DNA from: an uncultured Planctomycetota bacterium
GTDB taxonomy: Bacteria; Planctomycetota; PLA2; JAEUHO01
Length of the DNA: 64,000 nucleotides
Reading direction: 5' to 3'
Assembly: GCA_963752285.1 (NCBI GenBank)
Contig: CAVVXN010000001.1
Location: 512,001 to 576,000 of the forward strand
Shown here: positions 32,942 through 43,030 of the stretch, one piece after another
Position numbering within the stretch: position 1 is the first letter of the stretch
Layout: every line of letters starts with the position of its first letter
Translations under genes and position numbers: made by a program
The notes under the pieces: model-generated
What the model was told of the DNA's origin: nothing
The model's database searches: none
What the model saw: the letters and a program-made list of their open reading frames with translations, nothing else

Positions 32942-33481
32942 ATGGACGCCGGACTGCTGACCTTCGACCTCCCGCTCCTCGCGGTGGCGACCGCCGCCGC
33001 CGTGACGGACGTCCGGGAGGGAAAGGTCTACAACCGGCTCACCTACCCGGCGGTCCTGCTGGCCTTCGGCCTCCACGCCCTGGTCCGGCCGCCGGGTCTC
33101 GGACTCGGCGGGGCCGCGGAAGGCTTCCTCGTGGGTTTCGTCCCCATGTTCGTCGCCTACGCCGCGGGCGGCCTCGGCGGGGGCGACGTGAAGCTGATGA
33201 CCGCCGTGGGCACGTTCCTCGGGCCGTTGCTCGCGGTGTACGCGCTGCTCTACACCTTCCTGTCCGGAGCGGTCCTCTGCCTCATGCTGATCGTCTACCA
33301 GGAAGGCCCCGCCGGCCTCGGGCGACGCCTGCGCCACCTCGGCGCGGGTGAGGACGGGACCGGGCGCCTCGCGCTCCGGTTCCCCTTCGCCGCGGCGGTG
33401 TGGCTCGGGGTGGTCTGGGTCCTGGTCGAGCGGTACGTGGGGGCGAGCCTCGCCGACGTGCTCCTGAGGTCGGTGTCGTGA
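32942..33481 (+). CDS. cpaA: A24 prepilin peptidase (TadV/CpaA)
   Basis: AVTDVREGKVYNRLT, GLGGGDVKL, FPFA; multiple TMs. Confidence 0.9.
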   Translation: MDAGLLTFDLPLLAVATAAAVTDVREGKVYNRLTYPAVLLAFGLHALVRPPGLGLGGAAEGFLVGFVPMFVAYAAGGLGGGDVKLMTAVGTFLGPLLAVYALLYTFLSGAVLCLMLIVYQEGPAGLGRRLRHLGAGEDGTGRLALRFPFAAAVWLGVVWVLVERYVGASLADVLLRSVS

Positions 33482-34320
33482 CGCTCGCCGCCTCCCCGGT
33501 CGCCGGCCTCGGACCCGTGCTCGCGTCCGGGCTCGCCCGGCCGCTGCCCAGCGGGTTCTGGTGGTGCGTCGCGGGCCTGGTCGCCTGCGGGGGGGCCGGG
33601 CTCCTCGCCTTCTCGATCCTGCTCCGCCGCGTGCGCCTCGCGCGCGTGAGACGCCTCGCCGCCAGCGAGGACGGGACGACGATCGTCGAGTTCCCGTTCG
33701 CGATGCTCACGCTCGTCCTGATGACCACCCTCACGTGGCAGCTCGGGTTCATGGCGAGCGCGTACCTCGTCGTGGACTACGCGGCCTACGCGGCCGTTCG
33801 GGCGGCCATCGTCCAGATCCCGCCCAAGCGGAGCAACGACGAGCCGGCGAACAAGATCAAGGACATCTCGTTCAAGGGCTCCGACAAGGGCAGCGACATC
33901 GAGGACGCGGCGATCTTCGTGTGCTACCCGATCTCCGGGACGTACACGAACGCGGCGGCGGGCTCCGCGCAGATCCCCATCCTCGACGAGGTGAAGAAGG
34001 TGCCCGGCTGGGACACGGTCGCGAAGGCCTTGGGCCCGCTCACGTTCGCCCTGCGGTACGTGTACGCGATGGAGAACACGAGCGCGCGGCTCGTGGTGGA
34101 CGGCCAGGACTCCGGCGCGAAGGAGTTCTCCGCCGGCGATCTCCTGACCGTGCAGGTCGTCCACCAGTTCAGTCTGCGCGTACCGATCGCGGAGCGGCTG
34201 TTCGGGAAGCTCAGCTTCCCCGCGGGCTACACGACCGCCCTCGAGGCCAAGGCCTCGATGCTCTTCGAGGGCGCGAACGAGCAGGTGCCCGCCGACGCGC
34301 CCTCGGGGGCCCAGCCGTGA
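33478..34320 (+). CDS. TadE-like pseudopilin with N-terminal extension
   Basis: SEDG^TTIVEF, hydrophobic helix, YAAYAAVRAA; GTGA overlap with cpaA. Confidence 0.8.
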   Translation: MTLAASPVAGLGPVLASGLARPLPSGFWWCVAGLVACGGAGLLAFSILLRRVRLARVRRLAASEDGTTIVEFPFAMLTLVLMTTLTWQLGFMASAYLVVDYAAYAAVRAAIVQIPPKRSNDEPANKIKDISFKGSDKGSDIEDAAIFVCYPISGTYTNAAAGSAQIPILDEVKKVPGWDTVAKALGPLTFALRYVYAMENTSARLVVDGQDSGAKEFSAGDLLTVQVVHQFSLRVPIAERLFGKLSFPAGYTTALEAKASMLFEGANEQVPADAPSGAQP

Positions 34321-35963
34321 CGCCCGGCTTCGACCCCTTCGACCGCTTGGACGGACCGCGCGACGCGCGCCCGGACCCGGACGCGGCGCTGCCGGCGCAC
34401 GCCGCGGGGGAGCGGGGCGGGCTCGTCGGCCTCCACCGGGACCGGCGGGCGCAGATCCTGCCCCTCGTCTTCTTCATGGGGATCGCGTTCTTCACGAGCG
34501 TCGTCCTCGTGCTGAACACCGGTCGGACCACGGTCCGGCGCATCCGCGCGCAGAACGCCGTAGACGCGGCCGTGGTGTCGGGCGCGAACGCCGTCGCGCG
34601 CGGCATGAACTACGTGGCGTCCAACAACATCTCGATCTCGAAGCTGCTCGCGACGGTCGTGATCCTCCGTGCGTTCGGGCCCGCGATCGACGACGCGAAC
34701 GCCACGCTCGACGTCTGGCAGGCGATCGGCGAGGCGCTGGAGGACATGGCCGCCGTGCCCTACGTGGGGCCCGCGCTGGCGGCTGCGGGCGCCGCCATCC
34801 TGGTCAAGGTCGAGATCGAACGGGCCATCCTCGAGGTCCTCGAGCCGATCGTGGACGGGCTGAAGGACGTGTGGGACGGGGACAACGAGAGCGGGGTCGC
34901 CTGGATCCTCATCCGCGCCCTCCACTACCTGGGCGTCGGCACGGTGTACGCCACGCCCGTCCTCGCCCAGTGGACGACCGTCAGCGTCTACAACAAGAAC
35001 GTCTCGCCGGAGAGCGGCGCCGCGTGGATGCTGCCGCTGTACCCGAACCTGCCCGCCTGCGAGGGCAAGTTCGCCGACTTCTACGACTGGACGAAACACT
35101 GGGTCGAGGAGATGGCCGACCCGATCTACATCGCGGGCTGGGCCCTCCTCACCCTCTCGATGTTCCCGCTCTGGTACAAGGCCCACCTCACGTCCGAGCT
35201 GAACCAACTCTTCACCGGGACGGGAACGGACACGAACGTGGACGACCCCGACACGAAGAAGATGCAGGAGCTGAACAAGGAGCTCGACAAGAAGAACGCC
35301 GAGCTGACCCAGCTCGAGAACGAGCGCGTGAAGCTCCAGGGGGAGCTGGACGACCTGAAGAAGCGCAAGGCCGATGGCGAGAAGGGTCTCGACGACGACA
35401 TCCAGAAGAAGCAGCAGGAGGTGACCGCGAAGGAGGGCGAGATCGAGAAGAAGCGCGACGAGATCAAGGACATCCAGGACCAGATCCAGGAGATCAACGA
35501 CCGCCGGACCCAGCAGGGCGGAAAGCCCCCCGACGACTTCAACGGCGACCTGGGCGGCATGCAGGGGTCGGCGCAGGACCGGGACTGGCCCCACCCGTGG
35601 CTCCTCGACGGCTCGAAGTACCCCGACTCCTTCTCGTACGTCGGGATCGGCTGGCGCACGCTCGGCACCCCGCTCGTCCCCGTCAAGTTCCAGAACCTGA
35701 TCTCGCAGGGTTTCACGTACGCCGCCGCACGCGTCTACAACAGCACGCAGGCCGACCTGTGGACCGCGGACTGGCGCGCGCGACTCGTCAAGGTGGACGC
35801 CAACATGCTGTCGAACCCGATCGGCACGCTCCCCCACAAGTGCGGGGAGCAGGGCGGCAGCGGAGGATCCGAGATCTCCCAGAACGGGCCCGACGGCCAG
35901 CCCGACGCGAACGGGCTCGCCGACCAGCTGAACACCTTCCTCGGCTTCCTGAACAAGCACTGA
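34317..35963 (+). CDS. TadG-like tip pilin/adhesin with coiled-coil insertion
   Basis: HRDRRA^QILPLVFF, AQNAVDAAVVSGA, WTADWRARL near the C-terminus; E/K-rich coiled coil. Confidence 0.78.
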   Translation: MTPGFDPFDRLDGPRDARPDPDAALPAHAAGERGGLVGLHRDRRAQILPLVFFMGIAFFTSVVLVLNTGRTTVRRIRAQNAVDAAVVSGANAVARGMNYVASNNISISKLLATVVILRAFGPAIDDANATLDVWQAIGEALEDMAAVPYVGPALAAAGAAILVKVEIERAILEVLEPIVDGLKDVWDGDNESGVAWILIRALHYLGVGTVYATPVLAQWTTVSVYNKNVSPESGAAWMLPLYPNLPACEGKFADFYDWTKHWVEEMADPIYIAGWALLTLSMFPLWYKAHLTSELNQLFTGTGTDTNVDDPDTKKMQELNKELDKKNAELTQLENERVKLQGELDDLKKRKADGEKGLDDDIQKKQQEVTAKEGEIEKKRDEIKDIQDQIQEINDRRTQQGGKPPDDFNGDLGGMQGSAQDRDWPHPWLLDGSKYPDSFSYVGIGWRTLGTPLVPVKFQNLISQGFTYAAARVYNSTQADLWTADWRARLVKVDANMLSNPIGTLPHKCGEQGGSGGSEISQNGPDGQPDANGLADQLNTFLGFLNKH

Positions 35964-36580
35964 TGCGGACGACCCGACCCACGCCCCCGACCCCCCGGCG
36001 CACGAGGCGCGGCCGCGACCGCGGCTCGGCCACGGTCGAGATCATGCTCTCCGTGCCCTTCCTCGTGGTCTTCTCGCTCTTCGCGTTCGACTTCGCCCGG
36101 GGCTACCTCTCGGCGCAGCGCGGCCTCCGCGCGGCGCGGCAGGTCGCGTGGATGTACTCGCGACACCTCGACGACTCGAGCAAGCCCGACGTGCCGAACG
36201 ACCAGACGCTCCTCGCCACGCACTTCGACGGCAAGGGCGGCGCCGTGACGCACGCCACGTCCACGGAGCAGGAGAAGCTGCCCGGCCCCCTGTCGTTCCT
36301 GTCCGACGTCGGAGACGCGCTCAGCGACATCATGAACGTCTTCGACAACGACAGCCGTCTCGGCTCGTACTTCTCGTTCATGACGGGCAACATCGAGATG
36401 GAGAAGGGGACCGTGACGCAGGGCGTGACGGGCCTCTGGCGCTTCGCGCAGGGCACGACGATGACCCAGAACCACTGGGTCGCGCTCCGCTCCTGGCGCG
36501 AGGAGGATCCCGGCCGCCACGTCGGCTGGTGGGACCCGTTCGTCGCGATCGTGGACGCCATCACCCCCAAGTCGGACTGA
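35963..36580 (+). CDS. TadE-like pseudopilin
   Basis: RDRG^SATVEIMLSVPFLVV, AARQVAW; TGATG coupling to the upstream gene. Confidence 0.78.
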   Translation: MRTTRPTPPTPRRTRRGRDRGSATVEIMLSVPFLVVFSLFAFDFARGYLSAQRGLRAARQVAWMYSRHLDDSSKPDVPNDQTLLATHFDGKGGAVTHATSTEQEKLPGPLSFLSDVGDALSDIMNVFDNDSRLGSYFSFMTGNIEMEKGTVTQGVTGLWRFAQGTTMTQNHWVALRSWREEDPGRHVGWWDPFVAIVDAITPKSD

Positions 36581-36596
36581 GAGGGAGCCGAGCCCG

Positions 36597-37511
36597 ATGA
36601 CCGTGCCGTGGATCCCGCCGCCGGGGACGAAGCCGCGACCGGGGAACGTCGTGCTCATGGCGCTGACGGGCGCGCTCTTCGCCGCGGGCGCCGTGATGAT
36701 GGCGGGCTGGCTCAGGGACCGCGGCACGGCCCTCGACGCCGCGCCCCCGCCGCCGCCGCCCCAGGCGCGGTCCGTCGTAACGCGCCTCGACCCGAGGGTC
36801 GAAGCCTTCCTCGGCGGCGGCGTCTCGTGGGGGCCGGAAAAGCGCGACTGGTTCGGGCCGAGCCCCGCCGTGCTCGTGAGCGGCCACGCGGAGGCGTCGC
36901 CCCGCGAGGTCTTCCGCGCGATGGTGGGAGAGCCCCTCGACGACGAGGCCGTCCAGGCCGCGATCCGGAAGGGCCCGTCCGCGGCCGTGGCCCTCCGGAG
37001 CCAGCTCACGATCGGCGTGATGCCCCAGGGGGCGTTCCTCCTGCGTCTCGCGCCCGATCTCGACGCGGCGCGTCACGGGCGCCTGGCCACGGAGCCCGGC
37101 GCCGTCACGCTCGCGTTCCCGGCCGCGAGCGGCTGGGACTACGTGACGTGGGTGTTCCCACGCGGCCTCTCGCTCGACGGCCTGCCGGACGCCTACCGGG
37201 CCCCGCCGCGCGCGCTCGACGACCTCGGCGCCGCGGCGGTCGCGCGACTCGAGCCGGTGTTCCAGGTGAACGCCGGCGTGGGCGGCGGGCCGCGTACGGT
37301 CCTGTGCCGCGCCCGCGGGCGCGCGGGGGACGCGGTCTCCGAGGTGGCCGGCGCCCTGATCGGGACCGGGTGGACCTCGCGGTACGGAGAGGAGCACCAC
37401 GAGGGCGGCCTCGTGCGCGTGCTCGAGGACGGCCGCCGCCAGGTGTGGCTCGCGGCGGCGGACGAGGACCAGGACGGGGGCCTCGTGAGCGTGGTCGTGG
37501 GATCTCTCTAG
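36597..37511 (+). CDS. hypothetical membrane-anchored protein in tad operon
   Basis: 304-aa ORF with N-terminal TM and Pro-rich linker, filling the operon gap. Confidence 0.65.
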   Translation: MTVPWIPPPGTKPRPGNVVLMALTGALFAAGAVMMAGWLRDRGTALDAAPPPPPPQARSVVTRLDPRVEAFLGGGVSWGPEKRDWFGPSPAVLVSGHAEASPREVFRAMVGEPLDDEAVQAAIRKGPSAAVALRSQLTIGVMPQGAFLLRLAPDLDAARHGRLATEPGAVTLAFPAASGWDYVTWVFPRGLSLDGLPDAYRAPPRALDDLGAAAVARLEPVFQVNAGVGGGPRTVLCRARGRAGDAVSEVAGALIGTGWTSRYGEEHHEGGLVRVLEDGRRQVWLAAADEDQDGGLVSVVVGSL

Positions 37512-37525
37512 GACGGAGCGCTTCG

Positions 37526-38224
37526 ATGAAATCGAACAAGACGATCGTGATCGCCATCGTGCTGGGCGTGATCGCGGTGTACCTCGTGAACTCGCACGTG
37601 AGCGAACTCGAGACGAAGGCCGCCGAGCCGAAGGTGACCTTCTTCCAGGCCGCCGCCGACATCGCGCCCGGGCGCCTCGTGAAGGAGGCGCTGAAGCAGA
37701 AGCTGCTCGTCCCCTTGCGGGAGATCCCCGTCTCGTTCGCGAAGCACTACCCGCAGGCGATCGACGGGGACGAGTACTCGCAGTGGGCGGACAGCCAGAT
37801 CGTCCGGGCGATCCCCGCCGGCGAGTTCCTGCGCCTGTACCACGTGCAGGGCTCGAACGCGATGGAGCTCGCACGCATGATCCCGGCGGGCCAGACGACC
37901 GTCACGATCGCCGCGTCCCAGGAGACGGCGGTGGGATTCCTCGCCGCCCCGGGCGACCTGGTGGACGTGTACTACACGGTCCTCAAGAAGGACCCCACGA
38001 AGCCCGGCGGACAGGACGCCGAGGTCGTGCCGGTGGCCGAGAACATGACGATCTTCGCCGTGGACGACTACTACGGCACGAAGGCGGAGCTCGTCCGGCC
38101 GCGCGGCCAGGCGTACTCGTCCATCACCCTCGTGGGTCCCCGACCGGAGATCGACAAGGTGAGGGGCGCCACCCGTCTCGGGAAGCTCACCCTGGCCCTT
38201 CCCTCCCAGGCCCCCGCGCAGTGA
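37526..38224 (+). CDS. cpaB: Flp pilus assembly protein CpaB/RcpC
   Basis: N-terminal TM; SAF-like AAADIAPG..IPAGE; RcpC-like VGFLAAPGDLVDV, IFAVD, GKLTLAL. Confidence 0.85.
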   Translation: MKSNKTIVIAIVLGVIAVYLVNSHVSELETKAAEPKVTFFQAAADIAPGRLVKEALKQKLLVPLREIPVSFAKHYPQAIDGDEYSQWADSQIVRAIPAGEFLRLYHVQGSNAMELARMIPAGQTTVTIAASQETAVGFLAAPGDLVDVYYTVLKKDPTKPGGQDAEVVPVAENMTIFAVDDYYGTKAELVRPRGQAYSSITLVGPRPEIDKVRGATRLGKLTLALPSQAPAQ

Positions 38225-38267
38225 GCGCGTAGGCGACCTGGGCCGTCCGAGGAAGGAGGCTTCGCAC

Positions 38268-40142
38268 ATGGGCTTCGCGCTCCGCGTGTTCGACGGCGAG
38301 CGACAGACCGTCCGGGTCCAGCAGATCGACGCGACGAGCGTCAAGATCGGCCGCACGGAGGCATGCGACATCGTCCTCGCGAGTCCGTACGTGTCGCGCG
38401 AGCAGGCGGTCATCCGCGCGCTCGACGGCCGGTACGTCTTCGAGTCCGTGGGGCGCAACCCGAGCTTCGTGAACGGCAAGGAGATCCACTCGGGGCAGAC
38501 CGTCGAGGTCGAGCCCGACGACGAGATCCGGATCGCGGAGTTCTCGATCTACATCGAGGGGGCGAAGCGGCGGAAGGAAGACGAGTTCGACGTCGCGGGC
38601 GCGCTCGCCGCGATCGAGCTCGGGCTGCACTCGCGCCTCCTCGAGAGCGTGGATCTGCGCGAGCTCGGTCGGAGCGGCGTCTCGGAGGACACGAACCCGA
38701 AGCTCCGTCTCGCGCTGGAGGACCTGGTCCGCGCCGCCGTGCCGGAACAGGGCGGCGGGATGGCGCCGGAGGTGCTGGCGCACGCGCTCCGGGAGTGCCT
38801 GTACAGCGAGATCGTGCAGGAGGTCCTGGCCCGCGCGGCGGGGCCGGGGGGGGCCGACCAGACCGGCGGCTTCGCGGGAAAGCTCGACGCGATGCTCTCG
38901 ACGGTCGTGAACTCCTTCTGCAAGCGCCTCGAGATCGAGGGCACGAAGAAGTCGGTCCGGCAGGACCTGCGCCGCGTGGACCAGGGGTTCTCCGCCGTCT
39001 TCGACGCGTTCGTGGGCGGCGCGGCCCCGGAGCTCAAGACGCTCATCGTCCGCCGCTTCCTCACGCGCGAGATCATGAACCTCGTGTGCGGGTTCGGTCC
39101 CCTCCAGGACCTGCTCGAGCTCCCCAACACGAGCGAGATCATGGTGGTCCACAAGGACCTCATCTACATCGAGCGCGAGGGCGTCCTCGAGCGGCTCCAC
39201 CGCACGTTCATCACCGACGAGATCCTCGTCAGCGTGATTCAGCGCATCGTCGAGCCCCTCGGGCGTCGGATCGACCGCTCCACGCCGCTCGTGGACGCGC
39301 GCCTCCCCGACGGCTCCCGCGTGAACGCGGTGATTCCGCCGCTCGCCGTGAAGGGCCCCTGCCTCACGATCCGGCGGTTCTCGAAGACCCCGCTCACCGC
39401 CGCCGACCTCGTCCGCTTCGGGTCGCTGACCGAGCCGGCCGTCGAGTTCCTGAAGGCCTGCGTGCACGGGCGCAAGAACATGATCATCTCCGGGGGCACC
39501 GGTTCCGGCAAGACGACGCTCCTCAACGTCCTCTCGGCCTTCATCCCCGAGGACGAGCGGATCGTGACCATCGAGGACTCCGCCGAGCTGCAGCTCCGGC
39601 AGGCCCACGTCGTGACGCTCGAGACGCGGCCGCCGAACGTGGAGGGCAAGGGCGCGTACACGATCCGCGACCTGGTCCGCAACGCGCTGCGCATGCGGCC
39701 CGACCGCGTGATCGTCGGTGAGTGCCGCGGCGGCGAGTCGCTCGACATGCTCCAGGCCATGAACACGGGGCACGACGGTTCGCTCACGACCCTCCACGCG
39801 AACTCCCCCGAGGACGCCATGCTGCGCCTCGAGACGATGGTGCTGGAGGCCGTGGACCTCCCCGTCCGGGCGATCCGCAGCCAGATCGAGGCCGCCGTGC
39901 ACGTGATCGTGCAGGCGTCGCGGCTGGCGTCCGGGAAGCGCATGGTCACCCACATCTCCGAGGTGGTCGGCATGGACCCGGAGGACGGTCGCATCCTCAC
40001 GAACGACATCTTCGAGGAGCGGGACGGCCAGCTCCTGCAGAGCGGCTACCTGCCCACGTTCGTCGGGGACCTCGTGGACAAGGGGTACATCGATCCGGGC
40101 GTGCTCTTCGCCGCGTCCGTGGAAGAGGAGGCCTCCGCATGA
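38268..40142 (+). CDS. cpaF: FHA-domain-fused CpaF/TadA ATPase
   Basis: N-terminal FHA (KIGR..DIVL..VSRE..VNG); GFGPLQDLL, GGTGSGKTT, LRMRPDRVIVGECRG, MNTGHDG. Confidence 0.93.
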   Translation: MGFALRVFDGERQTVRVQQIDATSVKIGRTEACDIVLASPYVSREQAVIRALDGRYVFESVGRNPSFVNGKEIHSGQTVEVEPDDEIRIAEFSIYIEGAKRRKEDEFDVAGALAAIELGLHSRLLESVDLRELGRSGVSEDTNPKLRLALEDLVRAAVPEQGGGMAPEVLAHALRECLYSEIVQEVLARAAGPGGADQTGGFAGKLDAMLSTVVNSFCKRLEIEGTKKSVRQDLRRVDQGFSAVFDAFVGGAAPELKTLIVRRFLTREIMNLVCGFGPLQDLLELPNTSEIMVVHKDLIYIEREGVLERLHRTFITDEILVSVIQRIVEPLGRRIDRSTPLVDARLPDGSRVNAVIPPLAVKGPCLTIRRFSKTPLTAADLVRFGSLTEPAVEFLKACVHGRKNMIISGGTGSGKTTLLNVLSAFIPEDERIVTIEDSAELQLRQAHVVTLETRPPNVEGKGAYTIRDLVRNALRMRPDRVIVGECRGGESLDMLQAMNTGHDGSLTTLHANSPEDAMLRLETMVLEAVDLPVRAIRSQIEAAVHVIVQASRLASGKRMVTHISEVVGMDPEDGRILTNDIFEERDGQLLQSGYLPTFVGDLVDKGYIDPGVLFAASVEEEASA

Positions 40143-40993
40143 GCCTACTGGCGGTCGCCCAGGACATGCTCCCGACCGATGTCGTCGTGTTCCTCGCGGC
40201 GGCGGCGATCGTGTTCGCCGTGAGCGGTCGCATCGGGACCTGGATGGAGCGACGCAGGGCGCGCGCGCTCTCTCTCCAGCTCCAGCTGCGGCAGGAGGGC
40301 GGGGTCGGCTTCCAGGTGTACGGCCCTCCGGTCATCGCGCTCTTCATCTTCGCCGTCACGGTCGCCATGGGGCTCTCGATCCTCGGGCTGATCGTGGCGT
40401 TCGCGGTGTTCAAGGCGCTCGACGCGCTGCCCAAGATGCTCGCGAAGCGGAGACACCGCCGGTTCGACGAGCAGCTCCCGGACGCGCTCACGGCCCTCGC
40501 GAACAGCCTGAAGGCCGGGCTCTCGCTGCCGCAGGCGGTGGCGCTCGTGGCGCGCGACATGCCGTCCCCGACCCGCGAGGAGTTCGCGGAGATCCAGCGG
40601 TCCTACGAGATGGGGAAGCCCATCGAGCAGGCCGTGGACGACGCCCGCGACCGGGTGCGCAGCCGCAACTTCGAGCTCGCCGTGACCGCCTTCCGCGTCG
40701 GGAAGGAGCGGGGCGGCAACCTCGCGGACGTGTTCGAGAAGATCTCCGACTCCATCCGCGAGATCTGGCGACTCGAGGAGCACATCCGTACCGTCTCGAC
40801 GCAGGGCCGTTCGAGCGCGCGCTTCATGACGTTCATGCCGGGCGTGTTCCTGGTCCTGCTCTACTTCATGGACTCCGAGTCCACGCTCCTGATGTTCAAG
40901 GACCCCGTCGGGCTGGTGATCCTGAGCATCGTGCTGGTTTTCAACCTGATCGGCCACCTCTGGATCCGGAAGATCCTGAGCGTGGACATCTGA
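40139..40993 (+). CDS. tadB: TadB inner-membrane platform protein (T2SSF)
   Basis: FDEQLPDAL, LKAGLSLPQA, GGNLADV, QGRSSA; TMs. Confidence 0.9.
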   Translation: MSLLAVAQDMLPTDVVVFLAAAAIVFAVSGRIGTWMERRRARALSLQLQLRQEGGVGFQVYGPPVIALFIFAVTVAMGLSILGLIVAFAVFKALDALPKMLAKRRHRRFDEQLPDALTALANSLKAGLSLPQAVALVARDMPSPTREEFAEIQRSYEMGKPIEQAVDDARDRVRSRNFELAVTAFRVGKERGGNLADVFEKISDSIREIWRLEEHIRTVSTQGRSSARFMTFMPGVFLVLLYFMDSESTLLMFKDPVGLVILSIVLVFNLIGHLWIRKILSVDI

Positions 40994-41009
40994 GGGGAGG
41001 AGGAAGGCC

Positions 41010-41903
41010 ATGCTGCTCGCAGCCGACGTGGTGATCTTCCTGGCCGTGTTCCTCGTGGTCATGTCGGTGGGCAGGATCGCGGAGTTCCGCTACGACTACA
41101 CCCTCGTGGCCGACATCCTGGCGGAGCGCCGCCGGAAGGCCCTCGACGAGGCGCCGCTCCGCCGCCTCCTCGACCCGCTCGTCGTCGGGCTGTCCATCGT
41201 CGTGCGGCGCCTCGGGCTCGCGGGGCTCCGCGCCCGCGTGCAGCACGAGCTCATGCAGGCGGGGAACCCCTGGGGCTACCGGCCCGAGGAGTACATCGCG
41301 TGGTCGATGTCCCTCGCGCTCGTGGTCGGCGGGGGCGTCGCGGGAGCCCTTCTGGTCACGGGCCGCTTCAACGTGTTCTTTCCCCTGCTCGCCACGGCGA
41401 TCGTGTACCTGGCCACGATGCAGGGGCTCAAGTCGCGCGGCGACCGCCGCCGCGTCGAGCTCGAGCGCCAGCTTCCCTACTTCCTCGACCTGACGTCGCT
41501 CTCGATGGGCGCGGGCGCCACGTTCCTGCAGGCGTGCGAGTCGGCGATCCAGCGGCCCACGAAGGGCCCCCTCGAGGAAGAGGTCGAGCTCATGCTCCGC
41601 GAGATCCAGGCCGGCACGCCCATGGGGCAGGCGCTCCAGAACATGACGAAGCGCATCGAGAGCGCCGAGCTCGCCCAGATGATCCAGGCGGTGCACCAGG
41701 GCGAGGAGCTCGGCACGCCCCTCGTCCGGGTCTTCGAACAGCAGGCGGACCTGAACCGCTACCGGCGCAGCAAGCGGGGCGAGCAGATCGCCGCGAAGCT
41801 CCCGAACCGCCTCGCCGTGCCCACTGTGTTCCTCATGCTCGCCGTGTTCCTGCTGCTGTTCGGCCCGATCATCATCAAGGCGACGCGTGGAGGGCTGGCC
41901 TGA
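41010..41903 (+). CDS. tadC: TadC inner-membrane platform protein (T2SSF)
   Basis: LPYFLDLTSL, GPLEEE, ELGTPL, C-terminal TM ending GPII. Confidence 0.9.
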   Translation: MLLAADVVIFLAVFLVVMSVGRIAEFRYDYTLVADILAERRRKALDEAPLRRLLDPLVVGLSIVVRRLGLAGLRARVQHELMQAGNPWGYRPEEYIAWSMSLALVVGGGVAGALLVTGRFNVFFPLLATAIVYLATMQGLKSRGDRRRVELERQLPYFLDLTSLSMGAGATFLQACESAIQRPTKGPLEEEVELMLREIQAGTPMGQALQNMTKRIESAELAQMIQAVHQGEELGTPLVRVFEQQADLNRYRRSKRGEQIAAKLPNRLAVPTVFLMLAVFLLLFGPIIIKATRGGLA

Positions 41904-42889
41904 TGTCGAAGGTCAAGGACGCACAGGAGAACGCGCTCCACACGATGCTCCGCATCGAGGCGCCCCAGGGGCGCGTCTCGCTCGTGGACCTCATGGGGGA
42001 CTCGTATCTCGTCGGTCGAGGGGACCCCACCGGGGTCAGCCGCGTCGACTTCCAGATCCCCGAGGACGAGTTTCTGTCGCGCGTCCACGCCAAGATCGAG
42101 CGGGACGGGGAGGGTGGGTACCTCGTCGAGAACCTGAGCCCGAACGGCACCCTGGTGGACGGCGCGCTGATCAAGCGGCCGACGCTGCTCAAGGGCAAGA
42201 CGAAGATCGAGATCGGTCAGGGGACGACGCTCACCTTCCTCGTCGTGACGGCCGACGAGCGGAAGCGGCTGTTCGAGGAACAGTCGGGCGTCAAGGAGCG
42301 CCAGGCCGAGACCGGCGGCGGTCTCGAGGCGCCCGAGAAGAAGTCGTTCCTGCAGCGACCCGTCTTCCTCGGGCTCGTCGTGTTCTACGGGCTCCTCGCG
42401 GTCGTGGTGCTGTCGATGCTGGGCCAGAAGAAGGCCACGGTGCTCGACCCGGGCAAGGGCCCGTACTTCGGCGACTTGATGCACGGTCCCGTCTCGACGC
42501 AGCGTCCGGAGATCGACGCCGACGCGATCGCGGACACGATGTGGAAGGAAGCGCTGGCGAAGCACGGCGAGCCGGTCGTGGACGAGGGCGGTCACGCGTA
42601 CATGCTGGTGCTGGCCGCGCAACGCGTCGCGGGCGTGCTGGGCTATCCGACGCTCCAGGCCGCCCTCGACAAGCGCGAGGGGTTCGCGCAGAAAGCGAAG
42701 CTCGTGCTCGACGACCTCGAGAAGCGGGTCCAGGCCGACCACGAGCTCGGCCAGAAATTCATCGACGGGCGCCACTGGGCGCTCGCCTACGACGTGTACA
42801 AGCGGATGGCCGCCGCGGTCCCCGACAACCGCTCCAAGGTCCGGGAGTTCGCCCTGGACCGCGTGGAGAGGCTGGGGCCGATGCGCTGA
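41903..42889 (+). CDS. FHA-domain membrane protein
   Basis: Canonical FHA residues VGR, SRVHA, SPNGT; central TM; helical C-terminal domain. Confidence 0.85.
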   Translation: MSKVKDAQENALHTMLRIEAPQGRVSLVDLMGDSYLVGRGDPTGVSRVDFQIPEDEFLSRVHAKIERDGEGGYLVENLSPNGTLVDGALIKRPTLLKGKTKIEIGQGTTLTFLVVTADERKRLFEEQSGVKERQAETGGGLEAPEKKSFLQRPVFLGLVVFYGLLAVVVLSMLGQKKATVLDPGKGPYFGDLMHGPVSTQRPEIDADAIADTMWKEALAKHGEPVVDEGGHAYMLVLAAQRVAGVLGYPTLQAALDKREGFAQKAKLVLDDLEKRVQADHELGQKFIDGRHWALAYDVYKRMAAAVPDNRSKVREFALDRVERLGPMR

Positions 42890-43030
42890 CCGTCGGGCGC
42901 TTGACAGGGACCGGCGGTTCGTGGTCAACGGAGGTTTCGCGCCGTCCTCGGGCCTCGGGGCCCGCGAGCGGGACGACGCGGGGGGCGCCCCGCCCGAGGG
43001 GGCGACCCAGGTCGATGGGAGAACGAAATC

